The notes: generated from the sequence alone by a model not told the origin. A DNA stretch of 64,000 nucleotides from an uncultured Acidobacteriota bacterium (GCA_963823995.1 CAWGNQ010000009.1:173079-237078); one strand, 5' to 3'; shown: positions 27,133 through 36,663, counted from the stretch's first letter. Numbers and translations are program-made.

Positions 27133-28640
27133 ACGGCAGCAAGGAATCACGAGAACGGTTGATCATCGTCTCAAACCGCCTTCCACTCCAGGTCAACTGG
27201 GAGCGGGACGGCTCCTGGCATGCGAAATCGGGCACCGGAGGTCTCGTCACCGCGCTGGCTCCGATCCTCCGGGACCGCGGAGGGGTCTGGATCGGGTGGC
27301 CCGGCATCGTCGAGGAGGACGCACCACCGGACCTCCTGGAAGGACTCGAGGAGACCAGCCGTGAGCTCGGCTACCGCATCGACCCGGTGCTGCTGACGCG
27401 GGAGGAAAAGAAAGACTTCTACGAAGGCTTCTCGAACGAGATCATCTGGCCCATCTTTCATGACCTGCAGACGCTGTGCAATTTCAATCCGCGCTACTGG
27501 GACGTGTATCGTACGGTCAATCGGAAATTCGCGGAAGCGATCGCCCAGGAATGGACTCCGGGTGATTACGTCTGGATCCACGACTATCACTTGATGAATG
27601 TCGCCCAGGAGTTGCGCGACCTGGAAGTCCCGGGCCGAATCGGATTCTTCCTGCACATTCCTTTCCCGCCGCTCGACATCTTCCTCAAGGTTCCGTGGAG
27701 GCTCGAGTTGCTCCGAGCGCTCCTGGAGTACGACCTGGTCGGCTTTCAGACCGAGCGAGATCGGCGCAACTTTGTTCAGTGCGTGCGGGCGCTGATTCCC
27801 GGCGTACTCTACAAGGGCCGCGGGAGGGTCGTGGCGGCGCGTCTCCCGGGGCGGGAGATCCGTACGGGGAGTTTCCCCATTTCCATCGACGTCAAAGGCT
27901 TCGCCTCGCTGGCCGACACCCGGGAGGTAGCCGAGGCCGCCTGGTACATCCACGAAAACCTGCCCGAGAGGAAAATCATCCTGGGAGTCGATCGCCTCGA
28001 CTACACCAAGGGCATTCCCTATCGTCTGGACGCCTACCGGGACGCCCTCATACGGTATCCGGAGCTCCAGGGCAAGGTTTCCCTCGTTCAAGTCGTCGTA
28101 CCGAGCCGAACCGGGGTTCCCGAGTATCAGGTCCTCCAGTCGGAGATCGAACAGCTCGTCGGGGCCATCAACGGCCAGTTCACGCGCTCCGGCTGGGTAC
28201 CGGTCCATTACATCTTCCGCACCCTCGATCGGACCGAACTGGTGGCGTACTACCGGGCCTGTGAGATCGCCCTGATCACGCCTCTGAAGGACGGCATGAA
28301 CCTGATTGCGAAGGAGTACTGCGCTTCCCAGACGCAAAACAACGGGGTGCTGATTCTCAGCGAGTTTGCAGGGGCGGCCCCGCAAATGAGTTCCGGGGCA
28401 CTGCTGGTCAACCCGTATCACATTCAGAACGTGGCCAACGCAATCCACAGGGCCGTCAAAATGAACGATGACGAACGGAAGTCCCGCATGCGGCGACTGC
28501 GCCAGTCCGTTCGTCGCCAGGACGTCTTCTGGTGGGTCGACTCGTTCTTGAAAGCCGCCATCTCCAAGGACCTTCATGACTTTCCCGTCCTCGACGACTA
28601 CCTGCCCCACGCCCGCAATGCAGACTTCGCGGAGGAATGA
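27129..28640 (+). CDS. otsA: alpha,alpha-trehalose-phosphate synthase (GT20)
   Basis: In-frame ATG 27129 ([22 protein letters not shown]). [71 protein letters not shown]. Confidence 0.9.
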   Translation: MNGSKESRERLIIVSNRLPLQVNWERDGSWHAKSGTGGLVTALAPILRDRGGVWIGWPGIVEEDAPPDLLEGLEETSRELGYRIDPVLLTREEKKDFYEGFSNEIIWPIFHDLQTLCNFNPRYWDVYRTVNRKFAEAIAQEWTPGDYVWIHDYHLMNVAQELRDLEVPGRIGFFLHIPFPPLDIFLKVPWRLELLRALLEYDLVGFQTERDRRNFVQCVRALIPGVLYKGRGRVVAARLPGREIRTGSFPISIDVKGFASLADTREVAEAAWYIHENLPERKIILGVDRLDYTKGIPYRLDAYRDALIRYPELQGKVSLVQVVVPSRTGVPEYQVLQSEIEQLVGAINGQFTRSGWVPVHYIFRTLDRTELVAYYRACEIALITPLKDGMNLIAKEYCASQTQNNGVLILSEFAGAAPQMSSGALLVNPYHIQNVANAIHRAVKMNDDERKSRMRRLRQSVRRQDVFWWVDSFLKAAISKDLHDFPVLDDYLPHARNADFAEE

Positions 28641-28813
28641 CCGGTCTCTCGTTGTTTCCGTGCGACGTTGCGGGGTCGTGGTGAGATATGGAATTTCGCG
28701 TGCGAAAAGATTGACTTTGACCGGTGCTTCCGCCCTAATGACCCCTCATAGAGAGGAGATCGGCCCTAAATCGTCAGTCGAAATTCGGAAATCTCAAATC
28801 TCAAATTCATCTC

Positions 28814-30319
28814 ATGGCATCTCATCTGTTTCGGGTCAAGAGTATCGATCGCCTTCTGGCGGAAGCCGAGAAGCCACAGAACCGCCTCAAGAAGACCCTG
28901 GGATGGCTCAGCCTGACCGCTCTCGGGATCGGTGCCATCATCGGAACAGGTATCTTCGTCCTGACCGGTACGGCTGCCGCGGGGGAGGAAGTACAGTTTC
29001 CTTCGATGCTCAAGGCTCCACTATTGGATGTCTTGCTGCACGGGAGCCAGGCCAGCGGAGTCGTGGGACGTCCGGGTGCCGGGCCGGCCATTGCGCTTTC
29101 ATTCTTCCTGGTGGCCGTCGTGTGCGGCTTTGCAGGCCTCTGTTACGCCGAGTTGGCCTCCATGATTCCGATTGCGGGAAGCGCCTACACGTTTACCTAC
29201 GCGACCCTCGGCGAGCTGATCGCATGGATCATCGGATGGGACCTGATCCTGGAATATGCGGTCTCGAACATGGCGGTGGCGGTCGGGTTCTCCGCCTATC
29301 TTGACAGCCTATTCGAGAGTCTCGGTGTCCATCTGCCCACGGCCTTGAGCAGTCCGGCCTATTCCCCGTCTGCCGGATGGGCCTTACACTTCAATCTGCC
29401 CGGTTTCATCATCGTGATGCTTCTGACGGTCCTGCTCGTGGTCGGCATCCGTGAGTCGGCGGGTGCCAACAGCATCTTCGTTCTGATCAAACTGACGGCG
29501 ATCTTCGTGTTTATCTTCTTTGCCTCCAAATATGTTCAGCCCTCCAACTGGTCCCCCTTCATGCCCAATGGCTGGCAAGGCGTTCTGACGGGAGGGGCCA
29601 TCGTTTTCTTCAGTTACATCGGATTCGATTCGGTGTCTACGGCCGCCGAAGAGTGTCGCGACCCCAAGCGGGATCTGCCCCTCGGCATCATGATCTCCCT
29701 GCTCGTCTGTGCGGTCCTCTATGTCGCCGTCGCAATCGTTTTGACCGGCATCCAGCCCTATGAGATCTTCAAGGGCGATGCGGCACCGGTCGCGACAGCT
29801 CTGCGGAACATCGGCCTCGACAATCTGCAACGATGGGTGACGATCGGGGCCCTCACCGGAATGATCTCGTCACTGCTCGTGTATCAACTCGGTCAGGCGC
29901 GGATCTGGTTTGCCATGTCGCGAGATGGTCTACTGCCGAAGTCCTTCTCGAAGGTCCATGTTCGTTTCCGAACGCCCCATGTGGCGACCTTGGTGGCAGG
30001 GATCGCCGTTGCGGTTCCCGCCGGGATTTTCGACATCGGGACATTGGCCGACCTGTCCAACATCGGCACGCTGTTCGCCTTTATGGTCGTCTCACTCGCC
30101 GTCATGATTCTGCGCAGGACTCAGCCGCATCGCCCGAGGGGATTCCGCGTTCCCCTGGTCCCGTTGCTACCGATTCTCTCGGTCGGCGCCTGTCTGGTCC
30201 TGATGGCCAGTCTGACCGTTGAAAACTGGATCAGGTTCTTTGTCTGGCTGGCCATTGGTCTCGTGATCTACTTCTCTTACAGCCGGAAGCGCAGTGTCCT
30301 TTCGCAGGGCACGGACTGA
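28814..30319 (+). CDS. amino acid permease (APC superfamily, cationic amino acid transporter-like)
   Basis: 501 aa with ~12-14 hydrophobic segments. N-terminus KKTLGWLSLTALGIGAIIGTGIFVLTG and the FSYIGFDSVSTAAEE block are typical of this family. Confidence 0.9.
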   Translation: MASHLFRVKSIDRLLAEAEKPQNRLKKTLGWLSLTALGIGAIIGTGIFVLTGTAAAGEEVQFPSMLKAPLLDVLLHGSQASGVVGRPGAGPAIALSFFLVAVVCGFAGLCYAELASMIPIAGSAYTFTYATLGELIAWIIGWDLILEYAVSNMAVAVGFSAYLDSLFESLGVHLPTALSSPAYSPSAGWALHFNLPGFIIVMLLTVLLVVGIRESAGANSIFVLIKLTAIFVFIFFASKYVQPSNWSPFMPNGWQGVLTGGAIVFFSYIGFDSVSTAAEECRDPKRDLPLGIMISLLVCAVLYVAVAIVLTGIQPYEIFKGDAAPVATALRNIGLDNLQRWVTIGALTGMISSLLVYQLGQARIWFAMSRDGLLPKSFSKVHVRFRTPHVATLVAGIAVAVPAGIFDIGTLADLSNIGTLFAFMVVSLAVMILRRTQPHRPRGFRVPLVPLLPILSVGACLVLMASLTVENWIRFFVWLAIGLVIYFSYSRKRSVLSQGTD

Positions 30320-30366
30320 CAGAGGGATCGCGAGCGCTGTGCTAAGCTTTGAGCGTTCGAGCACCG

Positions 30367-31554
30367 ATGTGTACGTCCGTATCAGTCCAGAACCTGACGA
30401 AGATCTACCGCCTTTACCACGGCCCGCGGGCGATGCTGAAGGGGCTGTTGCTGGGTCAACCTCCGCAGACCACCATTCGAGCGCTCGAGGACGTGAGCTT
30501 TCAGATTCATCAGGGCGAATCGTTCGGCATCGTCGGTGACAACGGGGCCGGCAAAAGCACGCTTCTCAAAGTCCTCACCGGAACCGCTCTTCCGAATGAG
30601 GGCGAAGTGACCGTCCGAGGAAACGTCGCCGCCCTTCTCGAGCTCGGCATCGGCTTTCACGCAGACTTCACCGGCCGGGAAAACATCTACTTTACAGGCG
30701 CGGTCATGGGGCTCGATCGCGAAGAGATACGGGACCGTGAAGAGGAGATCATTGCCTTCAGCGAGCTCGACGAATTCATTGATGAGCCGGTCAAGACGTA
30801 CTCCTCCGGCATGTACGTCCGCCTCGGCTTTGCCGTAGCGACCGGCTTCGATTTCTCCGTTCTGATCATTGACGAGGCGCTGGCCGTCGGCGATCAACGC
30901 TTCCAGAAGAAGTGCACGGATCGCATTCTGGCGTTCAAAGAGGATGGGAAGACCATTCTGTTCTGCTCGCACAATCTCTATCAGGTGCGGACGCTGTGTG
31001 GAAGGGCATTGTGGCTGCACAGGGGACGCCCTATGGCACTGGGTCCGGCCAGTGAAGTCGTGGAAGCTTACAATGCATTCAACCGCCAGGCAGTGACCGG
31101 CTCGTCTCCTTCGCCGTCATCACGGGCTTCGACTCCGGGTCAGGTGTGCTGGGTCGAAGACGTGGAGCTGACTGGAGAAGATGGGCGGCCGCAGACGCGA
31201 TTCCGTTCCGGAGAGACCATCAGTCTGAGGATCGTCGGACGCTTCACGGAAGAGTTTGTCGGAGTGCCGGCGCTCGGTCTGTCGATCGTTCGAAACGACG
31301 GAATCGTCATCTACACGACGTCGACGTCGATGGACGACTTCAAGCTTCAGGAGCTCTCCAGCGAGCGATTCGCAGCGACCGCCGTCTTTCAGGACTGTCC
31401 TCTGCTGTCGGGTCGATATGGCTTCCACCTCTATGCGACGGATCAGAACTACCTGCAGTCCTACGACATCCTGCAAGACGCTGCAGCCTTCACAATCTCC
31501 GATCCCGGTCCGGACGTGGGCCTGGTGCGGCTTCCGCATGTCTGGCGCTGGTAG
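30367..31554 (+). CDS. polysaccharide/O-antigen ABC exporter ATP-binding protein (Wzt/TagH type) with C-terminal beta-sandwich (Wzt_C-like) domain
   Basis: ATG 30367 (MCTSVSVQNLTKIY); the track start 30349 is TTG. Walker A GDNGAGKST, signature YSSGMYVRLGFAVA, Walker B VLIIDEALAVGD. A ~150-aa C-terminal extension follows (VEDVELTGEDGRPQTRFRSGETISLRIVGRF..). Confidence 0.8.
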   Translation: MCTSVSVQNLTKIYRLYHGPRAMLKGLLLGQPPQTTIRALEDVSFQIHQGESFGIVGDNGAGKSTLLKVLTGTALPNEGEVTVRGNVAALLELGIGFHADFTGRENIYFTGAVMGLDREEIRDREEEIIAFSELDEFIDEPVKTYSSGMYVRLGFAVATGFDFSVLIIDEALAVGDQRFQKKCTDRILAFKEDGKTILFCSHNLYQVRTLCGRALWLHRGRPMALGPASEVVEAYNAFNRQAVTGSSPSPSSRASTPGQVCWVEDVELTGEDGRPQTRFRSGETISLRIVGRFTEEFVGVPALGLSIVRNDGIVIYTTSTSMDDFKLQELSSERFAATAVFQDCPLLSGRYGFHLYATDQNYLQSYDILQDAAAFTISDPGPDVGLVRLPHVWRW

Positions 31555-31569
31555 GAGAGCACGCGCACA

Positions 31570-32496
31570 ATGAACTGGGGAAGAGCGTTCAGCAATCTGG
31601 ATTACGGCTTCATCCTTCCCGCGATCGCCCGCTTGCCCGTCCCTTTGGCCGACCGGCTCTCCGATCTCCGTGCCTGGATCCGATTCCGGAGGAGGCATGC
31701 TTCGCGCGAGCAGGCCCTGAGGAATCTGACCCTGGCCTTCCCCGACCTCCCCATCGCCGAAGCCCGCAGGATTGTACTGGAGAGCTTCCGGAACCAAGCT
31801 CGGGACGAGATGCAGAGTCCCTGGTTCGACCAGCCTCTCCCATTTCTCGAGTCTCTCGTGGAGGTCGAGCAACTCGAGGTGCTCCGGGAGGCGGTCAAAC
31901 GGGGGAGAGGAGTCCTGCTGACAACCGGTCACATGGGTATTCCCGGGATTTTTCTGGCACTGGTCGGTCGACTCGGCTTCAACATGAATCTGGTCTTCCG
32001 CTCTCCCGACGACATTTTGGCCAACCCCGAGGCCTGGATCCGCTACGGGAAGAGACGAATCGCAAAGCTGGAAAGCGCATCGGGACGCCCGGTCCGATAC
32101 GTGGGGAAGACGAGCTACTTTGCTCTTCGACGGATGCTCCGTGCGGGCGAAACAGTCATGATGGCGATCGACGTGGTTCCCTCGCTGGTCGGACGCACCG
32201 TGACTTCCGAATTCTTCGGTCGTCCTTCCTCGTTTGCGGTCGGTTCGGCACGGCTCTACCTGGACACGCGTCCCGCCGTCGTCTTCTGGAGCTCCCAGCG
32301 CCGCGGGAACGGGAAGTTCCAGTTTCTGTTGACCGATCTGACCGGGGAATTCCAGGAGCTGAACACCCTCGAAGAAGTGAACCAACACCTGGTTAGCCGG
32401 CTGGAAGAAAACCTCCGCCGGCAGCCCGGCCTCTGGATGCAATGGGATGCGCTCGATCAGTTCTTCGTGAAGACGGGACGAGAAACACAAATTTGA
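31570..32496 (+). CDS. lipid A late acyltransferase (LpxL/HtrB, PF03279)-like protein
   Basis: 308 aa. N-terminal pattern (LPVPLADRLSDLRAWIRF..REQALRNLTLAFPDL..EARRIVLESFRN), the GRGVLLTTGH block, and a C-terminal ..QPGLWMQW ending resemble this family. The assignment is by eye only. Confidence 0.5.
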   Translation: MNWGRAFSNLDYGFILPAIARLPVPLADRLSDLRAWIRFRRRHASREQALRNLTLAFPDLPIAEARRIVLESFRNQARDEMQSPWFDQPLPFLESLVEVEQLEVLREAVKRGRGVLLTTGHMGIPGIFLALVGRLGFNMNLVFRSPDDILANPEAWIRYGKRRIAKLESASGRPVRYVGKTSYFALRRMLRAGETVMMAIDVVPSLVGRTVTSEFFGRPSSFAVGSARLYLDTRPAVVFWSSQRRGNGKFQFLLTDLTGEFQELNTLEEVNQHLVSRLEENLRRQPGLWMQWDALDQFFVKTGRETQI

Positions 32497-32572
32497 GCGG
32501 GGCCTCTGGCCGCGGGGCGCGCCCAGTCGAGTCGGACGACGAAGAATCCGACATATTCCCAGGAGTCTTGAT

Positions 32573-33577
32573 TCAGATTCCCGACCGGCTCCGGATCTTC
32601 TCCCAAAGGCTGAGGCCACGGGGGTTCAGGCCTCTCAGGGGGTCATCGAAACCTGGGCAACCATCTCTTTCCAACAGCCTTTCCGTCTCATTCCAGTAAA
32701 GGCGCTTTTCCTTCTTCCAGAGGCTGCCGCGCACGGTTTTCCAGAACGACGCCCGACGACTCTTCATGCTTCCCAGGCTGGTGAATCGAATCAGGAAACC
32801 GCGTCGTGTGATCCAAGGTCTCAGGATTCGCCGTGCACCGTGCACGAGAGCGGGATGCCAGAGAACGACCTCACCTTTCCGAAGTGTCAGGTCTTCCTCG
32901 CACAAACCTTCCCGATCAACGAGTGCAGCGGCGAAACGACGAGCGGGGAGGTAATCTTCCCCGGAATGGATCCGGAACCGCCCGGGCCCGAATTCGAACA
33001 GGGGAAGCCGGTGGGACCCCGCGACAGCATAGAGCGGCCCCGCCTCCATCTCGATGTCCTCGAGCGCTACCCAGGCCGTCAGCAGATGGGAAGCCGGTCG
33101 GGTATCGATGTAGACCACGTCCCGGAAAGGCGCTTCACTCCTGCCAAACTCCGAGAACACCGACTCGAAGGCCACCGCCTTCCTGTCGAGGATCAACTCG
33201 ACCCAGGCAAAGAGCTCCTGATTCAGATAGAGATCGAGAGCCGCTTCGGAGTGACCATGCAGGTTCAGTAGGACACAGGGAGCCATCCTGTCCCGCCGTT
33301 CCGTGGCATCGGCCAGGGAGGTCGGTTCGCCGGCGAATCGAAAGGCAAGGTCGATGGGGCGGGACTTCCAGAGACGGTCGATATCTGCCAGCAGAGTCTC
33401 GAACAAGGCGTCCACGTTCGAAAGTCGGAAACGCAGGTAACCGCGGCGGACAAAGTTCTGCAAAGCCTCGGCTTCGCGCGAGGAAATCCTGTCGTTTTCG
33501 AGACGACGGCGAATCAGTTCGGCCCGGTCCGACCGGTCGAGCCAGAGATCGCTGTCGAGATCCATCCCGTTGCTCAC
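32573..33577 (-). CDS. phytanoyl-CoA dioxygenase (PhyH)-like protein, facial-triad His apparently substituted
   Basis: Family blocks: LLNLHGHSEAALDLYLNQELFAWVELIL, TAWVALEDIEMEAGPLYAVAGSH, VVLWHPALVHGA. At the expected (W)HxD position the sequence reads PFRD. Confidence 0.65.
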   Translation of the reverse strand: MSNGMDLDSDLWLDRSDRAELIRRRLENDRISSREAEALQNFVRRGYLRFRLSNVDALFETLLADIDRLWKSRPIDLAFRFAGEPTSLADATERRDRMAPCVLLNLHGHSEAALDLYLNQELFAWVELILDRKAVAFESVFSEFGRSEAPFRDVVYIDTRPASHLLTAWVALEDIEMEAGPLYAVAGSHRLPLFEFGPGRFRIHSGEDYLPARRFAAALVDREGLCEEDLTLRKGEVVLWHPALVHGARRILRPWITRRGFLIRFTSLGSMKSRRASFWKTVRGSLWKKEKRLYWNETERLLERDGCPGFDDPLRGLNPRGLSLWEKIRSRSGI

Positions 33578-33675
33578 GCTGCGTTCCTCGAATGTCGAGC
33601 CACCATAGCACCATGGCGCCCCGGCTGCGAGTCCCCGGCTTGCTCGAGTCGAACGGATCTGGATATCCTTAGCCG

Positions 33676-34872
33676 GTGAGAAAAGGTATTCCTGTGTTCA
33701 GACCCGGTTTCGGCCAAGACGAGCTCGAGGCCCTGGCCGATGTTTTCAAGAGTGGCTGGATTGGACCCGGCCCCCGTGCAGCCAGGTTCGAAGAGCGTTT
33801 TGCTGAGTTTGTGGGAGTCCGCCACGCCGTTTCGGTCACGAGCTGCACGGCCGCGCTGCACCTCACCCTGATGGGCCTCGGGCTGGGTCCCGGGGACGAG
33901 GTCCTGGTCCCTTCGCTCACCTTTGCTTCGACGGCACATGCGGCCGTCTTCTGCGGTTGTGACGTCACCTTCGTCGATGTCGATCCGGAGACTCGCGGTA
34001 TGGACCCCGGGGACCTGGAGGCAAAGCTGTCACCCCGCAGTCGAGCCGTCATCCCGATGCACTACGGCGGCCATCCCTGCCGGATGGACGAGATCTGGGA
34101 AATCGCCTCCCGTCACGGTTTGGCTGTGATCGAGGACGCCGCCCATGCCTGCGGGGCCTTCTATCGAGGGCACCGAATCGGAGGTTTGGAAGCAACCACC
34201 GCCACCTGTTTCAGTTTCAATGCGCTCAAGAACCTCTCAACCGGAGATGGCGGCATGATCACCACCAACTCCGACGAGCTCGCAGAGACAGTGCGTCGAC
34301 TGCGCTGGATGGGTATCAACAAGAACACGTTCGAGCGGACGATAACCGGACAGGATGATCACCCCGCAGGTACGGAAGAAGATCCCGTCCCCCGGTATGA
34401 GTGGTACTACGAAATCAACGAGCTGGGTTTCAAGTACATCATGAACGACATTTGCGCCGCGCTCGGCCTGGTCCAGCTGGACAAGCTGCCCCAGGCAGCG
34501 GAAATCCGCCGGAGCATGGCTCGGCGCTATTCGACCCGACTCTCGTCGCTCGGATGGCTCGAGTTGCCCGTTGAACGGAAGGACGTATCGAGCGCCTGGC
34601 ATCTGTACGCCATCCGGACCGCGGTGCAGGAACCTCTTCGGAAGTATCTGCAAGCCGAGGGGATTGCGACCAGCGTTCACTACTATCCGCTGCATCTGCA
34701 ACCATTCTATCGGCGGCGGGGCCGCGTCAGCCTTCCGGTGACGGAACGGCTCGCCAGGGAGTTGGTGAGCCTGCCGTTTCACCCGAACCTGACACTGGAA
34801 GAAATCGACCGGGCCATCGAGATGATCCAGGAGTTCGACCAATCCCCGGCCTGGGCCGCCGGCTGGCAATAG
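33676..34872 (+). CDS. DegT/DnrJ/EryC1/StrS family sugar aminotransferase
   Basis: GTG start. IPVFRPGFGQDELEAL, SGWIGPGPR, VTSCTAALHL, VIPMHYGGHP, VIEDAAHA, FSFNALKNLSTGDGGMI (PLP lysine). Confidence 0.9.
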   Translation: MRKGIPVFRPGFGQDELEALADVFKSGWIGPGPRAARFEERFAEFVGVRHAVSVTSCTAALHLTLMGLGLGPGDEVLVPSLTFASTAHAAVFCGCDVTFVDVDPETRGMDPGDLEAKLSPRSRAVIPMHYGGHPCRMDEIWEIASRHGLAVIEDAAHACGAFYRGHRIGGLEATTATCFSFNALKNLSTGDGGMITTNSDELAETVRRLRWMGINKNTFERTITGQDDHPAGTEEDPVPRYEWYYEINELGFKYIMNDICAALGLVQLDKLPQAAEIRRSMARRYSTRLSSLGWLELPVERKDVSSAWHLYAIRTAVQEPLRKYLQAEGIATSVHYYPLHLQPFYRRRGRVSLPVTERLARELVSLPFHPNLTLEEIDRAIEMIQEFDQSPAWAAGWQ

Positions 34873-34878
34873 GTCTCG

Positions 34879-35868
34879 ATGGTCAATCGGAAACGTACCA
34901 CACTGTTGATGATCAACTACAATGGGCGGCCCGATCTGCCCGAACTGTTGACCTCTCTCGAGGCCCAAACGTCGACCGCTTTCGAGCCGATCTTCCTGGA
35001 CAACGCCTCACAGGACGGAAGCGTCGAGTATGTCAGGGAGCATTTCCCACGCATCCGAATCTGGTCGCAGCCGGAGAACATCGGATATGCCCGGGCCGCC
35101 AACCTCGGGGTCGCTCACTTCCCCACCGAATACACCATCTTCCTCAATACGGATATCCGGCTCGATCCTTACTGCATCGAGGAGATCATTCGGACGGCCG
35201 ATTCGGATCCCCGCATCGCCTGTGTCGCGGCCAAAATGCGACTCTTCTACCAGCCCGAGTACCTGAACGGAGTCGGCGGCGGCATGAATTATCTCGGCTA
35301 CACCTGGGACCGTGGGATGTTCGAGCCGGACCGGGGCCAGTACGATCAGGTGGAGGATGTCATCTTCGCCTGCGGAGGTGCTGCACTGGTCCGGCGAGAG
35401 CCCTTCCTGTCCGTGCGGGGCTATGACGTCGGATTTTACATGTACCACGAGGATGTCGACCTGTGCTGGCGCTTCTGGCTGATGGGCCATCGGGTGGTCA
35501 CGGCCCCTCAGTCGGTCGTGTATCACAAATTCAGTCGCTCCACACGCGACAATCGGGGCATGGCCTGGCGCGAGCTGATCGGCGAGCGCAACAGTATCCG
35601 GGCCATGATCAAGAACTACGAGCGTCCGACGCTCGTGCGGTCTCTGCGCGACCTGATCCGTCAGCCGCGCCTTCCGGAGCGGCGAGAGGAGATGAAAAAG
35701 AATCTGCGCTGGAATCTCCGGCATCTGCCCGCGACCCTGCGCCATCGATGGTGGATCCAGCGGCGGCGGACGGTCCGTGATGCCGAACTCCAGCATCTCA
35801 TCGACCCGAGCCCGGAGGTCCCGATCGACACGTCCGGCTTTGAACTCAGCCAGATCAAGACCTACTGA
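34879..35868 (+). CDS. family 2 glycosyltransferase
   Basis: LLMINYNGRPDL..FLDNASQDGS..ENIGYARAANLG..FLNTDIRL..FACGGAALVRREPF..YHEDVDLCWRF. Confidence 0.85.
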   Translation: MVNRKRTTLLMINYNGRPDLPELLTSLEAQTSTAFEPIFLDNASQDGSVEYVREHFPRIRIWSQPENIGYARAANLGVAHFPTEYTIFLNTDIRLDPYCIEEIIRTADSDPRIACVAAKMRLFYQPEYLNGVGGGMNYLGYTWDRGMFEPDRGQYDQVEDVIFACGGAALVRREPFLSVRGYDVGFYMYHEDVDLCWRFWLMGHRVVTAPQSVVYHKFSRSTRDNRGMAWRELIGERNSIRAMIKNYERPTLVRSLRDLIRQPRLPERREEMKKNLRWNLRHLPATLRHRWWIQRRRTVRDAELQHLIDPSPEVPIDTSGFELSQIKTY

Positions 35869-35912
35869 GGGGAACTTCCCTACTTTGCACGGTTCCGATA
35901 CTCTTCCAACGT

Positions 35913-36602
35913 ATGAACGATCAGGACACCTTCACGATTCGACCCGCCCGGCCCGAAGACACCGCCCTGGTTCTTCAGTTCATCCGTGACTTGGCCGAAT
36001 ACGAAAAGCTGCTGCATGAGGTGCGCGCTACCGAGGATTCGTTGCAGGAATGCCTCTTCGGCCCCCGCCGGGTCGCGGAGGCATTGATTGGTGAGTGCGA
36101 GGGGGAACCCGCCGGATTCGCACTGTTCTTCCACAACTTTTCCACCTTCGTCGGACGGCCGGGGATCTACATCGAGGACATCTTCGTGCGGTCCGGATTT
36201 CGAGGCCGAGGCTTGGGCAAGGCATTTTTTCTGTACCTTGCGGGCCTGGCCAGAGAACGTGACTGCGGGCGAATCGAGTGGGCGGTTCTGGACTGGAACG
36301 AGCCTGCGATCGAATTCTACAGACGACTCGGGGCGCGGGCTATGAACGAGTGGAGGGTCTTTCGCTGGACCGTGAGGCCATCGGTCGGATGGCAGCAGGG
36401 GACCGACCCGAGATCTGAGATTCTCGGGGCGTGTTGCCTAAACCCTCTCGAACCTGCCCTAACCCTGGTCGCCCGGCCGTCGAGGCCTGCAGATCCGATT
36501 CCACGCCAGGACGCTAAGCTCGCAAAAGAGTCAAAAACAAAGAGAACCTTTGCGTACGCTGCGGCGTTGCGTGAGATCGGACCGCCGAGATCTCGGGTGT
36601 AG
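35913..36602 (+). CDS. GNAT N-acetyltransferase (diamine acetyltransferase-like); last ~55 codons are read from an inserted repeat element
   Basis: FTIRPARPEDTALVLQFIRDLAEYEKL, IYIEDIFVRSGFRGRGLGKAFF, EWAVLDWNEPAIEFYRRLGA, NEWRVFRW. From 36436 onward the ORF runs through element copy 1 (..ILGACCLNPLEPALTLVARPSRPAD..). Confidence 0.75.
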   Translation: MNDQDTFTIRPARPEDTALVLQFIRDLAEYEKLLHEVRATEDSLQECLFGPRRVAEALIGECEGEPAGFALFFHNFSTFVGRPGIYIEDIFVRSGFRGRGLGKAFFLYLAGLARERDCGRIEWAVLDWNEPAIEFYRRLGARAMNEWRVFRWTVRPSVGWQQGTDPRSEILGACCLNPLEPALTLVARPSRPADPIPRQDAKLAKESKTKRTFAYAAALREIGPPRSRV

Positions 36603-36663
36603 ACCGGAATCCCGAACCAGAAGGGGGCTGAGACGAATTGGGCAACACGCCCCTCGATTTTCG
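36436..36663. mobile_element. MITE-like repeat element, family A, copy 1 (~228 bp)
   Basis: Terminal inverted repeats GGGGCGTGTTGCC (36436-36448) and GGCAACACGCCCC (36651-36663). It aligns along its full length with 38844..39069. The A-rich centre is AAAGAGTCAAAAACAAAGAGAACC. No ORF for a transposase. Confidence 0.7.
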
